20,000 nucleotides of DNA, taken from NCBI GenBank assembly GCA_000934665.2, contig KZ538088.1:108743-128742 (forward strand), written 5' to 3'. How positions within the stretch are numbered: position 1 is the first letter of the stretch; each line of letters begins with the position of its first letter. The DNA is from Catajapyx aquilonaris (lineage: Eukaryota). Shown here one piece after another: positions 11,901-20,000 of the stretch. Below the pieces are notes generated by a model. That model did not search any database. It had not been told where the DNA came from and was given only the letters and a program-made list of their open reading frames with translations. Both the position numbers and the translations under genes were made by a program.

Positions 11901-13297
11901 TTGTTAGCTTTCAAAACAATCACAGGTAAGATATCAATCAGAATAACTGTCATGCATGCGATATTCCATTTCGACGTACGTATAGATGTAACCTGTAATA
12001 ACGACACTAGACTAATTCGTACGTAACTTTAGTTCTAAAATTCTGGCATAAGGTACTTTGTTTCTAATGAAGCAAAGTGACACTAATGAAAATTTTCACT
12101 TCACTATCAGAAGAAATTCGGGTGAAGCTTCTGATTGGATGCAAAAACCATTATTGGCACCTTGTTCCCCATTCTGTCATTGTCCGCAATTTAAATGTGC
12201 TCCCCAAATGGGACGTTAATTGGCTCTCATACAAATCCTGTCCAGATGCTGAGAGAACACTGATTTATAACCTGGCGATGATGGTAGCCCTGGCGTGTGA
12301 CACTCTTACCAAACAACAAGCTTGGAAACACTGTCTTTTTTTTACTGGACGTTCATCAACAGTTTGACCAGTGGGCATCCCCAAATCCACGTGGAAATCA
12401 CATGCAATATTCCCTATTGCGATTTAATCCTTTGATCTTTTCGAAAAACTGATCAAACAGTGATGATGACAAAAACCCTGGCCTATTCAAATAGCTCGTT
12501 AGTGTGTGCTCTCAGCATTGGCCTACAGAGATGGTTCCAATCCGCATTAGGCGGGAATAATTGACTCCGGAGTTCCCATATTCCTATTAGTACGTATCAT
12601 GTGACGGGAAGTAAATTTTCGGTAACATTTTTATGCATTTCTATAGGAAACTACTACGTATAGATATTACACCGCGTCGCCATCAGAAAGACTATATAGA
12701 TAGACCGTTATGCAGTGGAGGTTTTCAGGGACTATTAGGTGAAGTATGCTATAAAAATACAGACTTTTTAAAAACTAGCAGTTATTTCCCACCAGACGAC
12801 AATAAAATTTGACTCTCCCAAATACTGCACGGGCGCAGTGGACCAGAATAGCGCATATGGATATGCTCTGCGCACAGCTCAACTCGGTTGAGGTAATTTT
12901 TGAATCATATTCAGCGACGGAACGGCTCTTAGTGCTGGTGCTGGAGTAAAAGGTTCGCAATTAAATTACCAGCAATGCTGATGGAAAATATTTGCTCAAA
13001 GAAAGTATAGCGGCGACAGAGATATTATAGGCGAGTCGGTAAAGTGAGCGTTAAATAACATTTCATGCTTGTACTTTTGAAACTGCCGGATATCCCAAAC
13101 ACGATTCAAATTAGTAGGCTGTAACTGAAAACACTGCTCTGTTGCTGTAATAAACAATGAAAATGACAAAATTATTTCGTTGCACTTTCTAAATATTGAA
13201 GAGAGGAGACATTCGTACAGATGGCTAATTACTAGTCAATAATGTGCCCTTATTGCAGAGTTTTATTGGTACAACTGCAGGATAATACAAACCTGCA

Positions 13298-13636
13298 GGG
13301 GGAGGCACGGTGGCCGAGATGGTAACGTCTCGGCTTGCTATGCGAAAGGTCCCGGGTTCAAATCCCCACCCGGGAGCAAACCTTTCGCTTGCGTCATTGG
13401 GTCGTGACCCGCGCCTAAGGAGGCGTCTTGGCAACCTGACCTCCTGGGGGACTGCACCTGGCCCACCGCTGGACAATGCACCTGCACATGTGTCCCCTCC
13501 CCAAATCCCCAACCCTTACCCCATTTCCTAGAAATCCTTGCACCGGTGTCCGAAGAAAAAGTAATTAGAAAACTGTATGGTGGTCTGCCACCCCCCTATA
13601 ACGACCAAGTGTTGTATCACGGGGTAAAAAAAAAAA
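13298..13636 (+). mobile_element. tRNA-derived SINE with A-tail and 14-bp target-site duplication
   Basis: Pol III A box TGGCCGAGATGG (13311-13322) and B box GGTTCAAATCC (13355-13365). The head AGGTCCCGGGTTCAAATCCC resembles tRNA-Pro/Ala. The A-run starts at 13626. An identical AATACAAACCTGCA flanks both ends (13284-13297 and 13637-13650). Confidence 0.92.
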
Positions 13637-13675
13637 AATACAAACCTGCATCGTACGTTAAGCCAACTGTGTTAT

Positions 13676-14049
13676 GGGTGGTCCAACTTTTTTGTCCGAA
13701 CAGCTATTGACAAATTCGGCCTAAGCTGCTTATGTTGTAGTGCGTTACCTGGCAACCCTGTCCGGCGGGCCTATTCAAACATCAGCCCATGGAGACTGCT
13801 TCCATTGTTGCCACTGTTTACTAATTGAGTGAGTGACGCGGATGACCCAGCGACGGATCTCTTCTGCCTGCGCACTCACTCATTCGATTTGTAAACAGTG
13901 GCAACAATGGAAGCAGTCTCCATGGGCTGATGTTTGAATTGGCCCGCCGGCCGGGGTTGCCAGGTAACGCACTACAACATAAGCAGCTTAGGCCGAATTT
14001 GTCAATAGCTGCGTGATAGCTGTTCGGACAAAAAAGTTGGACCACCCTG
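13676..14049. mobile_element. Near-palindromic MITE, Tc1/mariner-type terminus (CAGGGTGGTCC)
   Basis: Inverted arms of about 145 bp (about 13676-13821 versus 13891-14047) are nearly identical, with a further inner inverted pair TGAGTGAGTG/CACTCACTCA. The right end reads ...ACCACCCTG|TA. The left terminal bases are degraded (TATGGGTG). Confidence 0.9.
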
Positions 14050-16598
14050 TATAAGTTTTACTTTATTATACGCTCTTGTCCTGCATGCGGTCCACTGAAC
14101 ACAGTGCAATTACATTACCTGCAATAATAATTGAATCTCAGGAAAAATCAAAGGCCTGATATGCAGAACTATCAGAGCCACATTTTAGCCAAAATTGAGT
14201 TACGCACTGCTCCTAATATTTTCTTCCATAGGTACTTTCTACAGACAAAGTCAGACTTGGATAAAGAAATTACAGCCACATTGACATAATTTTGGAAGTA
14301 AATTAATCCTATATGCGGGATAACGTAATATTCAACTTCAAACCTCATATAGGTATACTGTACAGTACGTACGTATACCTCGAAATCGTTCTGCATTTCA
14401 GGCCTTCAGTGGATGCATCTTGTTTACTTTTAATCACGTGCCTGCTGTACATGCTCGTCAAGTTTCCACTTATATAAATGGTATAGCAAAAATATAATCA
14501 CGGACAGCATCTCCTCGTACGTACAGTACATCCAGTTCAGAATCCAACCCAATGCGCCTGTGACTTTTGATGCAGATCCGACCGAGCACGATACAAGGCG
14601 GGAATAGCACCGGGTGTCGCAAGAAATAGCTCAGAAAATCTCTCTTCCACGCATGTCACCATGTTTTTGCCTCGGACACGAAAATATCCCAAAAGTTTCC
14701 CAAGGCGCACACCCACGCCTTTGATCTCAAACCTCCGATACAATTTCATGCGACTGTAACCGCTTACAAGTCGGATCCAGCTTGTTATTGGGATATATCC
14801 ACGATCTGTTTGGTGATAACAAAGGCCTTCCCGGTTATATTTTTAGCAGAGGAAACTATTCAAAACAATCCCACACACCAGGCACACCTCGCTGCGCTTT
14901 CCTAAACCACCCTATGCCAAAAGGCACTATCGAAATGGCCTGGTCTTTGTCACTCCAGTCGGATCCTCCAGACCTATGCAACCACATGTAATAATGACTT
15001 TCCGCTTCACGGCCAAGTCCTCAATCCCAGAAGCGCCCTCCAAGGACCGGCATGCGAAAAATTGGGGGCATTTACAGGCAGGACCTACGCAGTGTTTGTT
15101 CCTGGAGAAAAGTCAAGAGTCATATAGGGAACAAGAACAAAGACTGCTTGTGATGCGTTGATGAGAGGACCCGGCAACTGGGCTGGAAATGGACCTTGTG
15201 TCCACATACAAACGACAGCTGACCCTCGCACTCATTATTACACGCTCCCTGCAGATTATCTCATCAAACTTGCCCCTGCGACATGAAGCCGTATCCGAGC
15301 ATCAGTTATCAAAGTGCTCTCGGCCGTAACGAGCTTGTTATTAATGGCAGAGTATACGTGCTGCGTAAAGGCCACAAATCGCGGGATGAACTCGAAGGAC
15401 CTATTGTCACCATGTATATAATCATGGAATATAAAGGTTATCGGGCAAAGCTTTATATTCTATGATTACCTTTCACTTTTTAAATTATATCACGCAAATT
15501 CAAGATGCCCCGAAAATTCTTATATTATAACTGAATCAGTTAAACTTAATACACATTTCACAATTATTAGGTTCTCACAGAAACATTATGCTAAAAGCAT
15601 CCCATGTGAATAAGTTTTACCTGCATAGGGCAATAAGCCTGTAAATCATTGCAGCAAATCCCCATAGGCCGTTTTCGATTTCCACATTTAAATCAACCCG
15701 TGAACAATAAATTGTTTACCGCATACATTATTATAACGAAAGCCGTATCATTAATTTCAATCAGTTTGAACATTAATATCTATAAACGCATTTTAATCAG
15801 TTAGAGTAATAGCACAGGATAATTAATTGTGGCAGTGACTTATTCCCTCGCATAGTTTTTCCTTTCACATGGTAGTCTAATTATGGCCTGAAAGCTTCAC
15901 ACCCATTGTGTTACGCCGGGTTTTTTTTAAAGGCGAGATCGGCAAAAGCAGGAAGAACAAAGGTAATTTTAATAACCGAATCATCCCACTCAAAATATGC
16001 CGGCAGCACTATCACATTCCATTCTTCCGTAAAATAATACACAAAACAAAGAGCACGAGCTATAATATAAAGCCTGAAGGTGTTATAGATCAACCCACGG
16101 GAGCCAGTTAAACTGCTCCTTGGTTCGACACGTAGGACGCATCTATACTCTTAACTTATGAATATTACAATATATTCTAGTGTTCTTGAATCGACCCGCC
16201 GGAATGATTACTTTAGACGTCACATAACCGCCAACCTCTCTGACCCCATAATGCCCGGGTTTCCAGGGTAGGAATGTTGACAAAATGTGAAGGAAATTCT
16301 AAGGGAAAATGTTTCAACAAAAAACTGCAATTTTACATTTCTGCGAAAGAGGAACAGATGCAGTCAAATGAGTAGAAGAACTATAACCATGCGCAATCAA
16401 GTTGAATGAAACATAAATAGGTCCAAATCAGTGGATTTAGAGAGTAATCAAGTACATTCACCAGGAATTTTACCATGCTTGTATTTCATCGTGCACTTGC
16501 TTTTGTGCCACACAACACCAGCTACATTTCAATCAATCCTGTTCATCACATATTTTATTCCCATCCGGCATAAAAACTTTTCCATCAAGTTCAATTCA

Positions 16599-16651
16599 CA
16601 CGTCACAGTGACGTGAATGTCATAAATGTTTCCGTAGTGCTACGGAAACAT
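16599..16651. repeat. Two adjacent perfect short palindromes
   Basis: CACGTCAC-A-GTGACGTG (16599-16615) and ATGTTTCCGTAG-TG-CTACGGAAACAT (16626-16651). Confidence 0.85.
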
Positions 16652-18699
16652 ACGTATAACAATCACGTCATTGGCAAAATATGAGATTTTACTGTATACT
16701 TTTAATCTTTTCGTTTGATCCATCCCCGGAGCTGCCTACGCTATAATTTGCTCGAGTATCATTTGTCACCAGTGTTGTTGGTCGGATATTTACAAGCAGT
16801 GCCATATCAATACGATTGACGTCATTCCAAGCTATAAAAACACGTAAAAAATCAGGCGCATGTAACTTCCCATAATTTCATTTAGGATTATCACTGTCAT
16901 ATAATATTACCTTTATTAGCACGTACTATACACTTGCACTTTCCATTTGCCATCTGAAATCCGTGGCTGTTACATAAAATTATTATCCGTTTTTAGCAAA
17001 AGTTACCCCCTAACAGCAGTATCTATGCAGAAAAAAATCATTATGCACATATTTCATAGTATCAGGCTAAAAAAGTTTTTTTAGTCCCATTTTATCACTG
17101 ATACGTACTTATCCTGCGGCCCTAGCCACATTTCCATTGTGTGTGGTGGGTGGGAGTAAAGAGAAATATATATGTATGTCCCCACGTCTCTGTAACAAGA
17201 GCTGGGGTAATTCTATGTGCGTTACCGAATGGCAAACTTGGGCCAGAGGCTAATAGGTCTACTGTGCAATGCTGCAGAGCATGCCTCCTACCCATCCCTG
17301 CAGAGACACCACCTTTATTAGCGCAATGGACAAGTATAGAGAAGCCTTAACGAGCGGCCCAGTCCGGATGGTGAAATCAAGATGAGTCCCTCGCCACACC
17401 AAGTTGTGTGTTCCATATTCAGCCAGCATCATTTCGAGAAAAAAAGGGCGGCATAAATATTCCAACCCTGAAAATCTGACTTTTTCACGCTCCGAACCTG
17501 GGGATCCAATAATGAAAAAGTGTGGTCAAGCAGGACATTTTCATCCAAATCATGTTTTCACTCCACCACCTGCTGCAACTGAATTACGAGAAATGGCCGC
17601 AAATGGCGATCACAATTTTTTTTGTTCGTTCTTATATACAGTATCCCCGGGAGTATTTCCCTCCATTTCTTTTTCGCTAACCAAATGTGATTAATTCTAG
17701 CCTCATTTGTGGAAATTCTAGGAGAGTGTAACTAGAGCACCGAGTAACACTGCTTCCGGAATAAATGAGTTCCAGCAGGGGCTTACTTTACCTCCATCTG
17801 TTTCTCCTTCCAAGTGCCTGCAGAAAAGCTTCTGCTATCAATTTCCATATCCACTACAGACGAGCCTTTGTCTGGTGAAACAAGAGGACCAGACTTGGGC
17901 CTCATTAACACGTCTTCTGCAGATGAAGTCGACGAGCCCCCTGGACTCTGTGGTTGTTAACGATCTCTATTTAGGTCCGGAGTTGATTCTACGACATTCG
18001 ACCCACGCAGGTCGCCTTTCTTCTGGCTGGTTGATCTAGACTTCTAGAGTGACTTAACTGAATAGACATTAGCACCCGTCGCTGATTACGTAATCGTCTA
18101 CATCAGCCTATCTCCGATTCGTACGCGAAACCTGACGGATATTGCACATAACAACCGAAGGTCAGATTTTGTGCTCTTTTTGTTCAACCACATTTAATCA
18201 TCGGTCGCTTACAGAAAAATCCCCATATAATGCCTCAATTGAATCCATATAAAAATCGTCACATGTTTCTTCAAGGAAATTTTGAAATAATCAGGCATTC
18301 TATACGATCCGCTTGCATGGAATCAAATTAGGGAAAAGCTCCAATTATGTATAAGTATTCACAATCAGACATCATATATTTTCTTCTTCATATATTTGGG
18401 TTCATACACCTACAGTCATAAATTTCGTGCCTGTATACTTCTCAACTGTCACAAGGGCCTAATCAAGTTTCACAAGAGTAAGCTAATTTGATGCGCTACA
18501 AAATTAGTCATCTAAAAATATGACTATATAAGATCATATTTTAAGGTCCTGAACTAAAATAAATTTTCGAGCTAAATATAATCTGAAGTCAAGGACCAGA
18601 CACTATTTTCCACGGACGACACCCTACAGTACATCAACACGAATTGCACAATAATTAATCTCATATTAGCAGCCTCATTTTTACTTCCAACAAATTGCA

Positions 18700-18734
18700 G
18701 CTAAGGTCCAACAATTCAGTTGCGACACCCTGTA
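18700..18734. mobile_element. Possible orphan right terminus of a Tc1/mariner-type MITE
   Basis: Ends in GACACCCTG|TA (reverse complement TA|CAGGGTGTC), the same terminal class as the 13.7-14.0 kb MITE. No extended matching left arm was found. Confidence 0.3.
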
Positions 18735-20000
18735 CTATATGTGAAAAGGTATTAATACAAAGGCGCGAACTGGCAAATCTCAGAGAGGAGAATGCAGATG
18801 GCGGGCTGAGCTGTCATGTAACAGAACTAGAGTCATATATAATGCAGCCCAGCGTCGTATTAGCGCCACGGATTATTAGATTAAGTCGCATAGGTCCGGC
18901 AAAAGGGGGATGCTGAGCAGGACCTAGACTGGCTCTGAACGTACAAGAGACAGTTATTCCTGCTCCTTATTACTCCTCTCAGATCCCAAGCATGGAATTG
19001 CCTGCAGCCATAGCCATACTTAACAGCCCCTTATAGGGCGAATAAATGGGGTAAGCTCTCGGATTATGAACCGTACGTCTCGCTCTCCAAGTTCAGATTG
19101 TAAACCCGAGGAGATCAGGATGCATTTCGACTAATGGTTCCAGTTCCAGCTCACAATTTTTCTTCCAAGACACAATTTCTGCCGAGTAAGCAACTCGGCC
19201 GCATCTGCCGGGTGTCACGATCTGAAACTTTGCCAGCTAATATTTAAGGGCGCATAAAATTCAAACCATACATTTTTAAATCCCTATTTCAGTACTACAT
19301 CATGCGTTAAGAATGGGTGCTTCAGAAGCCGTTTCCATGTAGGTCAGTGCCTCTCGTTTTGCGTATTTCTTTCACTGTCGGAAAATTTATGCCCCTACAG
19401 GGACACACCAACACAAATCAAAGCCTATTGGGAAAAGAATTTTAAGATCATCCACTCTTACACATTAATACAGTATAATTGTGTTTATTGGGTTTTGACT
19501 ACCTCCACTAACCGTTAAAAAAAAACAACCTCCAAAAAAGGCCTCATTTTCAGCCTTTTTCATATTTTCGCGATTTTTCCCCTCCCCACGGTATTGCGCA
19601 ATACGACCGAAACTTAATATGCAGCGTTATGGCATAGGTGTGTACAGCTGTAATTTTTTTCCCAGAAAAATCCGAGATGGTCTAGCAACATTTCGGCCCA
19701 TTTTATTTGGAATGAACCCTATATTTCGAGGAATTTGGTTGGAGGTCAAAAGCAAATCTCAGACAAAATGAATTGTCATTATGAGTTACGAGTGTCCTAA
19801 GGTACATGGAAATAACGATTGATTAATTTCCATGGACAAATATCGTGTTGCATCATATTATTTGTATGGAGGGGACTGGCTATGGACCCTAATATTAGCT
19901 GCTAATACTTGCCCTGATCTGAAAATATTGGGACACCCCCAAAAAATGGAGTGGTGGGGTTATACACAGGATGTGATAAAAAGTTTCCATTAAGATTATC

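Noticed and set aside
12310..12420. Minus-strand peptide IACDFHV resembling the MULE CxxH motif
   Set aside because: It is a single short motif with no supporting DDE context.
13298..13375. Functional tRNA gene
   Set aside because: There is no proper acceptor stem or anticodon arm. It continues into a body, A-tail and TSD, so it is a SINE head.
7101..18734. An 11.6-kb element bounded by TACAGGGTGTC (7101) and GACACCCTGTA (18724)
   Set aside because: The match stops at 11 bp, and this terminus is common to many mariner-type MITEs. Independent fragments or chance are more likely.

Overview
Eukaryotic (probably invertebrate animal) genomic DNA. The only well-supported gene is a minus-strand procollagen galactosyltransferase (glycosyltransferase family 25, COLGALT/GLT25D homolog). 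Four internal exons (6297-6223, 3470-3413, 3339-3212, 468-265) splice in phase through GT-AG junctions and encode part of the C-terminal GT domain, including [14 protein letters not shown] and YSYWT. The gene runs off both ends of the window, and 6298-20000 appears to be one large intron. The introns hold a young tRNA-derived SINE with a perfect 14-bp target-site duplication, a near-palindromic Tc1/mariner-type MITE next to it, an older TA-flanked MITE-like relic, short perfect palindromes and several decayed coding-like stretches. The most interesting of these (about 7.9-9.0 kb, + strand) has ordered motifs resembling a Cdc123-like (R2K) ATP-grasp protein. That call comes from eye-level pattern recognition across frameshifts and needs an HMM search. 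I see no convincing intact novel system, and most of the listed short ORFs are noise.
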